In this document: one piece after another, positions 56,143-64,000 of the stretch
How positions within the stretch are numbered: position 1 is the first letter of the stretch
Layout: each line of letters starts with the position of its first letter
Origin: Devosia sp.
Lineage (GTDB): Bacteria > Pseudomonadota > Alphaproteobacteria > Rhizobiales > Devosiaceae
Assembly: GCF_028290625.1 (NCBI RefSeq)
Contig: NZ_JAQGJM010000021.1
Coordinates: 253 to 64,252 of the forward strand
Reading direction: 5' to 3'
Length of the DNA stretch: 64,000 nt
The notes under the pieces: generated by a model
What the model was told of the DNA's origin: nothing
Seen by the model: the letters and a program-made list of their open reading frames with translations, nothing else
Database searches by the model: none
Position numbers and translations under genes: made by a program

Positions 56143-56754
56143 CTACCGATCCGTGAATGCCAGCTTGGCGCCGAGCAGCACGAAGGCGCCCGCGAAGCTG
56201 CGCCGCAGCCACTTCATGATCGAGGGGCGCGAGGTGACGTGATCCCGCACGGCAGCGGCGAACAACCCATAGATGACGAACACCATGAACGTCGCCAGCA
56301 TGAATACGACGCTCAATTCCAGCATTTGCGGCAGCGCATTGGAGGCGTTGGCCGGTACGAATTGCGGCAGGAAGGCAAAGAAGAAGATCGACAGCTTGGG
56401 ATTGAGAATATTGATCAGAATGCCCGAGACGATGACCTGAAACGCCGAACGCGGCGCCGCGTCCGTGTTGACGCTCAGTGCGCCTGTTTCGCGCAGTGTG
56501 TTCCAGGCCATATAGAGCAGATAGGCGACGCCGAGATATTTGATGATGTCGAAGGCCAGCGCGCTGGTGTGCAACACCGCGGCCAAGCCAGTGATAGCGG
56601 CTGCCATATGAGGCAGCGTTCCCAGTGTGCAGCCCAATGCGGCAACGAAACTGGCCTTGGCGCCGCGCGACAGGCCGGCCGCCAACACATAAAGCACACC
56701 GGTGCCTGGCGAGGCGACGACGATCAGTGTCGTCAGCAGGAATTCAATGCTCAT
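56143..56754 (-). CDS. LysE/RhtB-family amino-acid efflux translocator
   Basis: 203 aa with 5-6 TM segments. N-terminal LLTTLIVVASPGTGVLYVLAAGLSRG and NILNPKLSIFFFAFLPQF motifs. Confidence 0.88.
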   Translation of the reverse strand: MSIEFLLTTLIVVASPGTGVLYVLAAGLSRGAKASFVAALGCTLGTLPHMAAAITGLAAVLHTSALAFDIIKYLGVAYLLYMAWNTLRETGALSVNTDAAPRSAFQVIVSGILINILNPKLSIFFFAFLPQFVPANASNALPQMLELSVVFMLATFMVFVIYGLFAAAVRDHVTSRPSIMKWLRRSFAGAFVLLGAKLAFTDR

Positions 56755-56820
56755 CTGGCCCTCGGCGCTGCTTGCCGGACGAGCCTATGCGGCCGTCTGG
56801 AGCGCCGCAAGTGGAACCGG

Positions 56821-57105
56821 CTATTCTCGCCAGCAGGTGGGCCAATACAGGTCGTCGGCGAAGTCCGCGGGGATTGGCGATAGCTTGCAGATGGCGCGCG
56901 AGGCGAAGGTGATCTGCAGTTCGAGATATTTGACATCTGGCGGCATAGGATGGCCCGTGACGAATTCGCGAACCCGCCATTCGTTGACCTTGCCCTCGCG
57001 CATCCGCCGCGCGGCCTCAGCCTCTACATCTTCCGGCCGGACCGGCTCGGTGCCGTCCCGCCCCTGGGTATAAAATAGCCCGCCTTCGATAACCGACAAC
57101 CGCAC
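56821..57105 (-). CDS. Hypothetical protein (94 aa)
   Basis: ORF with host-like composition. No motif recognised. Confidence 0.45.
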   Translation of the reverse strand: MRLSVIEGGLFYTQGRDGTEPVRPEDVEAEAARRMREGKVNEWRVREFVTGHPMPPDVKYLELQITFASRAICKLSPIPADFADDLYWPTCWRE

Positions 57106-57218
57106 CTGACAACCCCGAGCATTCGGCGCGGGCTTCTGTCCGCAGCCTATGACTTAAAACTGTCATAAACTGGTTACGCATTTGCAAAGGCTAAATTCAC
57201 GGCTTCGGCATCGGAGGC

Positions 57219-57527
57219 CTATTTGCGGCGCGAGCGGCGCCACAGAGTCCATTTGCGGGTGCCACGCAGGATGGCGGAATTGACCGGCCCCTGCAGGAAC
57301 GCAAAATCCAGCGCCAGCAGCAGCAGGCCGAGCGGCAGCATCCATATGCCGAGGACCGGCAGGAAGCTAAATATGCCGCCCAGGATCAGCAGCAGCCCAA
57401 GGGGAATGCGGATCAACCGCGCCTGCGGCCGGCGCAGCCAGGACAGCGCGCCCGAAGCAGCGTTGGGGATGCGGCGTTCGATACGATCGAACTGGCGGTG
57501 CAGGCGGGCGTGGCTCTTGGGCGGCAT
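57219..57527 (-). CDS. Small membrane protein (two TM helices)
   Basis: IPLGLLLILGGIFSFLPVLGIWMLPLGLLLLALDFAFL is a hydrophobic hairpin. Confidence 0.6.
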   Translation of the reverse strand: MPPKSHARLHRQFDRIERRIPNAASGALSWLRRPQARLIRIPLGLLLILGGIFSFLPVLGIWMLPLGLLLLALDFAFLQGPVNSAILRGTRKWTLWRRSRRK

Positions 57528-57669
57528 GAATATTGTCCCCTGGTGACGCGGTAGTCCTCTTTAAGTGGGAAGCGATGCCGGCATATCCAATAGCGCTGCA
57601 CCAAATCGCCGCAGGAACCATTGCCCCCAAAGCGGAGTTTATCCCGAAACATCAAAGCGGAGCGTCATC

Positions 57670-58029
57670 ATGGCCACGGCAGCAAAACGAGCTATCAAGC
57701 GGATCGAAGATAGCGGTGACGACATCGGCGAGAGTCTGGCCGCGCAGATCGCATCGCTGCGCGAGGAGATTGCCTCGATTTCCGACAGCGTCAGAAAATA
57801 CGGCAACGGCCATTTCAAAGATGCACAGCACAGCTTGAGTGATGTGCAACACAACGCCGTGGCGGTCGTCGACCAGGTTCGCCATCAGGGCGCAGTTGCG
57901 GCCCGCCAGATCTCGCGGCAAGCCAATGTCGCCGGCAAGGCGGTGCAGGAAAATCCGATTCCGGTGATCGTTGCATTGGGCACGATAGCGCTGATTTCGG
58001 CCCTGATCTTCACGGCAAACGACCGTTAG
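57670..58029 (+). CDS. DUF883/ElaB-like C-tail-anchored protein
   Basis: Helical N-terminus and a single C-terminal TM segment (NPIPVIVALGTIALISALIF). Start moved to ATG 57670. Confidence 0.65.
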   Translation: MATAAKRAIKRIEDSGDDIGESLAAQIASLREEIASISDSVRKYGNGHFKDAQHSLSDVQHNAVAVVDQVRHQGAVAARQISRQANVAGKAVQENPIPVIVALGTIALISALIFTANDR

Positions 58030-58124
58030 TTTCTTAAAGGTTTAATTAACCTTCCGGGTCAGACCTTCCTTAAGCCTGTTGGGTCATCTTCGATTAGGCA
58101 CGCCACGCGCGTGCGTGATCTAGG

Positions 58125-58598
58125 ATGGCCTTTATGCTTGACCTGTCGAAAACTCTTCTGCGCGGTGCTGCGGTCGCCGTGGCGATCACCAGCCTGGGCG
58201 GCTGCAGTTTTTTTGGCATGAATTTCGGCATGGCGCAGCTCAGTCCGAAAGAATGCCTGATGCGGGCAATGTACTTCGAATCCAACCGTTCCAGCGCCGA
58301 GGGCATGCTGGCGGTCGGCACCGTGGTGATGAACCGCGTCAACGACCAGCGCTACCCACACAGCATTTGCGGCGTAGTGGGCCAGCCCAACCAGTTCGCC
58401 TCGGGCGTACTATCCAAGAAAATGACCGATAGCGGCGCGGTACTGGCGTCGCAGGTTGCCGACCAGGTCATGCGCGGCGAGCGCCATCCCGGCGTGCAGA
58501 ATGCCATGCATTTCCACACCGCCGGCATGCGTTTCCCCTATAACAACATGCACTACGTGCTGATGGCGGGCGGCAACGAGTTCTACGAAAAATACTGA
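58125..58598 (+). CDS. SleB-like cell-wall hydrolase (lipoprotein)
   Basis: Lipobox ITSLGGCS. Hydrolase_2 motifs CLMRAMYFESNRSS..GMLAVGTVVMNRV..YPHSICGVVGQPNQF. Confidence 0.88.
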   Translation: MAFMLDLSKTLLRGAAVAVAITSLGGCSFFGMNFGMAQLSPKECLMRAMYFESNRSSAEGMLAVGTVVMNRVNDQRYPHSICGVVGQPNQFASGVLSKKMTDSGAVLASQVADQVMRGERHPGVQNAMHFHTAGMRFPYNNMHYVLMAGGNEFYEKY

Positions 58599-59078
58599 TT
58601 ATTTGACCTGGATGAGCGCGCGGCTGACGAAAAAGCCGTGGCCGTCTTCGCGGGCGCAGGTCAGGCCGCGCCGCTCGGACAGGCACTGGAACGGCCCCAA
58701 TTCGACAGTTTTGCCATATTGAATGGTCTGCTCAATGGAGCAGCAGCTTGCATCGCCCACATCGTTGATGCGGTACGCGGCGCCGGCGTCACCCAAAATC
58801 GTGCGCACATAGCTGGGCTCGACCCGGTCGCACTGGATTTCAGCGCCGCCGTTGGCGGTCTCGTAAACCGGCGTGCCGCCTGCAGGTATGTAGACACAAC
58901 CGATATTGCCCGAGGGCGCATTGAACTCGACCTGGCCGTACTGGCCGACATCGAGTTGCTGGAACTGGCCGGCCTGCGCCGGAACGCCCAACACAATGGC
59001 GATGCTGGCGATCGCAGCGATGATCAGCGCGGTCTTGACGGCACTACGATGTTGGCGGCGGACGATGATCATGGCCAA
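58599..59078 (-). CDS. Hypothetical secreted/anchored Cys-containing protein
   Basis: N-terminal anchor AVKTALIIAAIASIAIVLGVPAQA and six Cys in the mature part. No family recognised. Confidence 0.6.
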   Translation of the reverse strand: MAMIIVRRQHRSAVKTALIIAAIASIAIVLGVPAQAGQFQQLDVGQYGQVEFNAPSGNIGCVYIPAGGTPVYETANGGAEIQCDRVEPSYVRTILGDAGAAYRINDVGDASCCSIEQTIQYGKTVELGPFQCLSERRGLTCAREDGHGFFVSRALIQVK

Positions 59079-59163
59079 AGCCCCTCATTGGCGTTGCGTT
59101 GAGGGATATTCGGCCAGATCGGCTGAACCGGTGCTGGTGCGCCGGTTCAGCTGGCGTTTATCT

Positions 59164-59760
59164 TCAGAAGTCGCCGCCCACGTCGAAGTCGTCACCGCCG
59201 CCGGAGTCGAAATCGTCGTTCTGCTGGTCGTCGGCAGCGGGTTCGTCGGCTGGCTGGTCTGCCGGCTGATCGGCGTTGTATTCGCCCGCATTGGCTTGCC
59301 CGGACAGCATGCCGGCAATGGCTGAGCCGAGCAGCACGCCGGTGGTCACGCCCAAAGCTGTCTGTGCAGCTCCCGCGAGGAAGCCACCACCGCCGCCGCC
59401 ACGCTGGCGATTGTCATAGCCTTCGTCGCGATCGCCCCAGGGGCCACGGGCAGTCCGCGCCGGCTGCTGGTTTCGTTGCGGTTCGTTGTCGCCGCCGCCG
59501 AACAGGCCACCGAGAAAGCCGCCAGCGGGCCTGCGGTCCGCGTCGGCTTCGAGCTCGGCTATCCGCCGCTCGGCCAGTTGCAGGGCATGCTCCTGCACCA
59601 GGATGGTTTGGGCCATGTAGTAAGGCGCAGCCGACGCCTGCTGCAGGCGCTGGCGGATTAATGCCTCCGCGTCGGCATCGCGCGGTCCGCTCTTGGCGAC
59701 GACGGTCTCGATGCGGTCGAACAGGCCTTCAATGGCGTCGCGGTCTTCAGGTTTCAGCAC
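59164..59760 (-). CDS. DUF2076 domain-containing protein
   Basis: MLKPEDRDAIEGLFDRI..APYYMAQTILVQEHAL..AELE followed by a Gly-rich and acidic tail, as is typical of DUF2076. Confidence 0.8.
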   Translation of the reverse strand: MLKPEDRDAIEGLFDRIETVVAKSGPRDADAEALIRQRLQQASAAPYYMAQTILVQEHALQLAERRIAELEADADRRPAGGFLGGLFGGGDNEPQRNQQPARTARGPWGDRDEGYDNRQRGGGGGGFLAGAAQTALGVTTGVLLGSAIAGMLSGQANAGEYNADQPADQPADEPAADDQQNDDFDSGGGDDFDVGGDF

Positions 59761-59828
59761 GGTCCCACTCCTTCGGGGTTGAACAGATGTGAAATGGGAT
59801 GGCAGGCCAGACGTTGCAATGCCCGAGG

Positions 59829-60098
59829 CTATTTCGTGCCGAGGCGCAGAACAAAGCCGATGACCACGGCGATGGATTCGTAAAGCTCGATCGGGATGGT
59901 GTCGTCGATTTCGACGCCGCTCAGCGCTTCGGCCAGCGAGGAATTGGACTCGATGACGACGCCGTTCTCCTCCGCCAGGGCCACAATCCGCTCGGCGACA
60001 AGACCCCTGCCCTTGGCCGTCACGCGCGGCGCCTCGCGACTGCCCTTCTGATACTGCAGCGCAACAGCCAGTGCGCGCTCCTTGGGCGTATCGCTCAT
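59829..60098 (-). CDS. FlhB C-terminal-like (EscU/YscU/HrcU family) protein
   Basis: AVALQYQKGSREAPRVTAKGRGLVAERIVALAEENGVVIESNSSLAEAL, immediately downstream of fliK with a 4-nt overlap. Confidence 0.85.
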   Translation of the reverse strand: MSDTPKERALAVALQYQKGSREAPRVTAKGRGLVAERIVALAEENGVVIESNSSLAEALSGVEIDDTIPIELYESIAVVIGFVLRLGTK

Positions 60099-61816
60099 GT
60101 CAGGGAATCCACGAAATGGCCTGTTGCCGTCGGAGCCTGCACCGGCTCGTCGGCGCGGACGGTGATGATGCCAGGCCGCAGCCCGGCGGCTGCCAGCGAC
60201 AGGTTCAGTTCGGGCACAGCCTGTTCCAGCCGCGCCGCGGTGACACCATTAGTGGCCCAGAGACGCACCGAGGTGACGCCGCCGCGCAAGCCGACCTGGG
60301 CGCCGACCTCGCCCAGCTTGGGCAGGTCCATGGCGAAATGGATCTGCCAGCCGCGCTCGGATGTCGCTTGCTCGGGCCCAGCCGCATCGCGGTGAATCTG
60401 CAATTGCATCACGGTCTGGTAGGTGCCGATCAGCACCGGAATATCGGTCGACCAATCGGCTTGGGCGCCAGCCGTGATGGTTTCAGGCAGCGACGCATGC
60501 TGATGCAGCCGCAGCCGCGCCAGCGAGCCCTCGGCCCGGCCCAACATGACCTTGCCGACCTCGATGGGCGTTTCGGGGATATCGATCGGGCCGGTATTGG
60601 CCGACCTTGCCCTTGGCAAGGCACCGCGCACCGGTGGCGGCAGTGGCCCGGGCGGTACAACGGGAGTCGCCGTTTGTCCCAACCAGGTCACCAGCGTACC
60701 GCGCAGGGTCAACAGCGCGGTTTTGAGGTCGCCCTTGGCCAGTTGCGGCGCGCCCTGCGCTAGCACGGCCTCCTGGAAAATGCCCGAACTGGCGATCGCC
60801 CTCTGCATGGCCGCGCCGTCCAGCGCCGGTCCGAGCGGGAGGCCGGCCGCCAGGACTTGTTGAGCCGCCTGCAATACCGGCGGCGGCAGCGCCACCTTGC
60901 CCACCACGGCGGCCAGGACGGTATTGAGGTTGCCGACACTATCCTGTCGCTGCACTGCGCTCTGCACCATCTGCGTCAAGGCCGCTTGAGCCGAGCCGGT
61001 CGGCGGCAGAGCGGGCGTCGGGAGCGGTGCTGAGGGTTGAGCCTGCGGAGCTGCCACTTGCGCCACCGGACCGCCCGAAGGCTGCGGGGCGGCTGCGCCG
61101 GGCGCTTGCGGTGGGGCGCCCGCATTCACCGGTGGTTGAGGCGATGGAGCCGCCGGATTTGCCGAAGCCTGCGGGACAGTGCTCTGCGCCTGAGGCTGCG
61201 GCAAGAGCACCAGTCTTTGCTGCGCCCCGCTGCCCTCGACCAGGAGCGGCAAGGTCGTGCCCGGCGGCAAGGGCGTCGGCAATGCAACCTCGATGGTCTG
61301 CCGCCCGATCTGCACCTGCGTCATGCCGTTTGGCGCCGGACCCAGCACGCGGGCTTCGACCTGCTGGCCGGGCTGCAGCGCCAGCGTCTGCAACGCCCCA
61401 GGACGCGTAGGAACCGGCACCGGCGGTAATGGCGGAGCGGAATTGGCGTTCGGCGGCAAATTAGGTATGGCCGTTTGCTGCGGGGCCGGAATGCTTGGCT
61501 GACTGACGGTGACCACACTTGCCTGTGTCGGTGGCGACATGGTCGGCGTTGGCGACGGTTGTGGCAACAGCACCAGCTTTTGCTGTGCGCCGCTACCCTG
61601 CGCTTGCAGGTTCAGCGCCGATCCGGCCGCCAGCAGCACCGGCAGGGTCAGGTTGAGAATCTGCTTGCCGATCTGCACTTGGGTCGTGCCATTCGGCCCG
61701 GCGCCAAGCACCGTGCCTTCCAGCACCTGCCCGGCCTGCAAGACAAGCGTCTGCAATGCTGTTGAGCGGATGGGGGTCGGAAGCTGCGTGGGAATCGCCA
61801 TCGATTGCCTGCCCAT
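60095..61816 (-). CDS. fliK: Flagellar hook-length control protein FliK
   Basis: Pro/Ala/Gln-rich central region and a C-terminal Flg_hook-like domain (VMQLQIHRD..GWQIHFAMDLPKLGEVGAQVGLRGGVTSVRLWA). The alternative start Met 61801 is possible. Confidence 0.85.
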   Translation of the reverse strand: MGRQSMAIPTQLPTPIRSTALQTLVLQAGQVLEGTVLGAGPNGTTQVQIGKQILNLTLPVLLAAGSALNLQAQGSGAQQKLVLLPQPSPTPTMSPPTQASVVTVSQPSIPAPQQTAIPNLPPNANSAPPLPPVPVPTRPGALQTLALQPGQQVEARVLGPAPNGMTQVQIGRQTIEVALPTPLPPGTTLPLLVEGSGAQQRLVLLPQPQAQSTVPQASANPAAPSPQPPVNAGAPPQAPGAAAPQPSGGPVAQVAAPQAQPSAPLPTPALPPTGSAQAALTQMVQSAVQRQDSVGNLNTVLAAVVGKVALPPPVLQAAQQVLAAGLPLGPALDGAAMQRAIASSGIFQEAVLAQGAPQLAKGDLKTALLTLRGTLVTWLGQTATPVVPPGPLPPPVRGALPRARSANTGPIDIPETPIEVGKVMLGRAEGSLARLRLHQHASLPETITAGAQADWSTDIPVLIGTYQTVMQLQIHRDAAGPEQATSERGWQIHFAMDLPKLGEVGAQVGLRGGVTSVRLWATNGVTAARLEQAVPELNLSLAAAGLRPGIITVRADEPVQAPTATGHFVDSLT

Positions 61817-61872
61817 GCCGCACCATGCGGCCGGACAAGCTTAGCTTATCGGAGGTTACTGAACAGTCCCGA

Positions 61873-62616
61873 TCAATCGGGCCGGATGTCGGTGTAGTCC
61901 TTGGTGGCCGGCTTGCCGCGGAAGGTGACCCAGAAGAAGTTGAGCGTATAGGTGCCCGCGGTCTTGAACACACCCTCTTTTTCCAGCCGGCGGCCCGAGG
62001 TCATCATCTTGAACGCGAAGGTCCATTTGACCGCACCCACCTTGGACAGACGAACCGCCACGTCGGTGTCTTCGCCGAAGAACTGGATGGAGCGGTCATA
62101 GCCGCCAACAGCGGCCCAGGAGGCGCGCTTGAACACGAAATTGCCGCCCTGCACCACCGAGCCGACGCGCAGGATGAAGCGGTTGAGGATATAGATCAGG
62201 TAAGTCAGGCCGTAAAAGGCGTTCACCAGGAACCGGCTCCAGGTGCTCATGTCGTAATAGACATAGGGGCCGCTGAGGCAGACCAGCTTGGGGTCGCGGT
62301 CGAACTCGCGGAAGCAGGTATCCAGCCAGCCGGGCGGCACGATGGTGTCGCTGTCGATATTGGCGACCAGCTCGGCGCCTTCGGAGGCGGCAAAGCCGGC
62401 GTCACGGGCATTGACCAGGCCTTTTTTTGGCTCGTCGACCACGCGAACGCTAGGGAAGCTGCGCGCGATCTCGCCGGTGCGGTCGGTCGAGGCATTATTG
62501 ACCACGATGATCTGGGCATCGGCCTTGCTGCGCGCGATTTCGGCTATCACCGATTCCAGGCACTTGCCGATCAGGGCTTCCTCGTTATAGGCGGGAATGA
62601 CGAATGCCAGTTTCAT
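61873..62616 (-). CDS. Family 2 glycosyltransferase
   Basis: MKLAFVIPAYNEEALIGKCLESV..IIVVNNASTDRT..NIDSDT shows the GT2 DxD pattern. Start moved to ATG 62616. Confidence 0.85.
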   Translation of the reverse strand: MKLAFVIPAYNEEALIGKCLESVIAEIARSKADAQIIVVNNASTDRTGEIARSFPSVRVVDEPKKGLVNARDAGFAASEGAELVANIDSDTIVPPGWLDTCFREFDRDPKLVCLSGPYVYYDMSTWSRFLVNAFYGLTYLIYILNRFILRVGSVVQGGNFVFKRASWAAVGGYDRSIQFFGEDTDVAVRLSKVGAVKWTFAFKMMTSGRRLEKEGVFKTAGTYTLNFFWVTFRGKPATKDYTDIRPD

Positions 62617-62763
62617 GCTTGCCTCTATTGGCGCCCCAAACCATGGGCTTGCGCCGTGTGCCAATAGCTTGTGTGACAGTCTTGAGCAACCGGATGGCAT
62701 GCTTTTCTGTTGCACTCGGGCACAGGTGCGGCCACCCTTGGGCCGCGACCAGGGAGTACGACA

Positions 62764-63417
62764 ATGCCCGACGAGCTGCCCGAAGACTCCAAACTGACCC
62801 GCACCAAGCAGCGCTGGGCCGAGCAAGGCCGCTTCATCACCGGCCGTACCAGCCGGCCCGGGGAAGATCGGCTGCCACCAGGTCAGCACCTGGTCAAGAA
62901 CTGGCCGGTGCTCGATTTGGGCATTGAGCCCGCCATCGCGCTATCGAGTTGGCGGCTGGATATCGGCGGCGAAGTGGACACGCCCATGGCTCTCAACTGG
63001 GACGCGTTTATCGCGTTGCCTCAGGTCGAGCACACATCGGATATCCACTGCGTGACCTCGTGGTCCCGCTACGACAATCGCTGGAATGGCGTGTCGACAC
63101 AGGAACTCGCCGCCCATGCGGGAATCCGCCCAGAGGCGCAATTCGCCATCCTGACCAGCCACGACGGCTACACTACCAATCTCGCTTTGGCCGATTTCCT
63201 CGCCGAGGATGCCTTGCTGGCTCACAGTTGGGAAGGCGCGCCGCTGACCGCCGAGCATGGTGGTCCTATGCGCCTCGTGGTGCCGCACCTCTATTTCTGG
63301 AAAAGCCCGAAATGGCTGCGGCGGATCGAGTTCGCAACCGCCGATCATCCGGGGTTCTGGGAAGTCCGCGGCTATCATAATCACGGTGATCCGTGGCGCG
63401 AGCAGCGCTATTCCTGA
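62764..63417 (+). CDS. Sulfite-oxidase-like molybdopterin-dependent oxidoreductase
   Basis: LPPGQHLVKNWPVLDLG, SDIHCVTSWSRYDNRWNGV and GGPMRLVVPHLYFWKSPKWL motifs. Start moved to ATG 62764. Confidence 0.85.
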   Translation: MPDELPEDSKLTRTKQRWAEQGRFITGRTSRPGEDRLPPGQHLVKNWPVLDLGIEPAIALSSWRLDIGGEVDTPMALNWDAFIALPQVEHTSDIHCVTSWSRYDNRWNGVSTQELAAHAGIRPEAQFAILTSHDGYTTNLALADFLAEDALLAHSWEGAPLTAEHGGPMRLVVPHLYFWKSPKWLRRIEFATADHPGFWEVRGYHNHGDPWREQRYS

Positions 63418-63517
63418 GCCGGTTTTGGGGAATTCAATAAGTCATTAATATATGCCATTGTGGCGTCGAGGTATTGCTGTTCATCGCTGGTTCAGCCAAA
63501 TCGCGCAACTACACAGG

Positions 63518-64000
63518 CATGATGATGAAAAATCTGCTCTTGGCTGGTATCGCTGTTGCTGTTGGCTCGCTCGTCATGCCGGCCTTTGCCGACAATGAAG
63601 GTACGGCGGTGGGCGTCAATCCCGACGCTATCGCGCGGATCAATACCGGCGACCGCGTACTGATCGCCGGAGCCGGCATCTCGGTGGGCGAAACGCTGGT
63701 GACCGGCCCGCGCGGGCAGGTCCAGATCATCTTCGCCGACGACACCCACATGGTGGTCGGCCCGAACAGCGCGCTGCGGATCGAAACCTATCTGATGCGC
63801 AATAATGGCACGGCCGAAAAATTGGCCGTCAACGCGCTGGCCGGCAGCTTCCGTTTCATCACCGGACGCAGCCCCAAGCCGGCCTATCAGATCAATACGC
63901 CCACAGCGGCGATCGCCGTGCGCGGCACAGAGTTCGATATCCTCGTCACCCCCACCGACACGCGCGTCATGCTCTATGAGGGTGCGCTACAATTGTGCGC
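63518..64000 (+). CDS. FecR-domain secreted protein (3'-truncated by the window end)
   Basis: My own translation gives MMMKNLLLAGIAVAVGSLVMPAFADNEG (signal peptide), then GQVQIIFADDTHMVVGPNSALRIE and TPTAAIAVRGTEFDI (FecR pattern). The frame stays open to position 64000. Confidence 0.75.

Overview
High-GC chromosomal window, probably alphaproteobacterial (Hyphomicrobiales-like; inferred from gene content, aroQ-accB-accC-aat and DUF2155/NDUFA12 synteny, and REP families). Two housekeeping blocks flank a roughly 30 kb accessory island at about 16.9-46.5 kb that looks lower in GC by eye. The left block (1-16.7 kb) holds rne, a YafY-like regulator, a VOC protein, an aminotransferase, a DsbA-like protein, aroQ-accB-accC, aat, a frameshifted GyrI-like gene, an SDR, DUF2155, an NDUFA12-like gene and class II RNR nrdJ. 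The right block (46.9-64 kb) holds GIY-YIG, GFA, MFS, TfoX-like, MerR-ATPase, a DEDD exonuclease, glpK, an adenylate cyclase-TPR protein, LysE, SleB-like, DUF2076, flhB-like, fliK, GT2, a molybdopterin oxidoreductase and a FecR-like gene. The island is a defence/mobile-element mosaic with seven parts. (1) A DUF2235(Tle1-like)-LysM hydrolase. (2) A complete type II CBASS operon (CD-NTase, Cap2 E2/E1, Cap3 JAB, Cap4-like nuclease-SAVED). (3) An AAA+ ATPase with a 447-aa uncharacterised partner, possibly Dodola-like. (4) An AbiEi/AbiEii type IV toxin-antitoxin pair. (5) An unusual locus that I cannot assign to any described system. It contains a 945-aa glycosyltransferase/trypsin-like protease/PNP-like nucleosidase triple fusion, a divergently transcribed 1038-aa PNP-nucleosidase fused to a STAND-like module with a degenerate P-loop, a soluble FtsH-like AAA+ protein whose M41 protease motif is destroyed, a small acidic protein, and an RHH regulator with perfect palindromic operators. 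(6) A Tn7-like transposition module (tnsA-tnsB-tnsC-tniQ). (7) A HipA-like kinase/DUF3037 pair in the cargo position. Three families of inverted-repeat (REP/MITE-like) elements are scattered in intergenic regions, and one family sits at the right island border. No rRNA, tRNA, cas genes or CRISPR arrays were recognised. All domain calls come from motif recognition by eye and need profile or structure searches to confirm.
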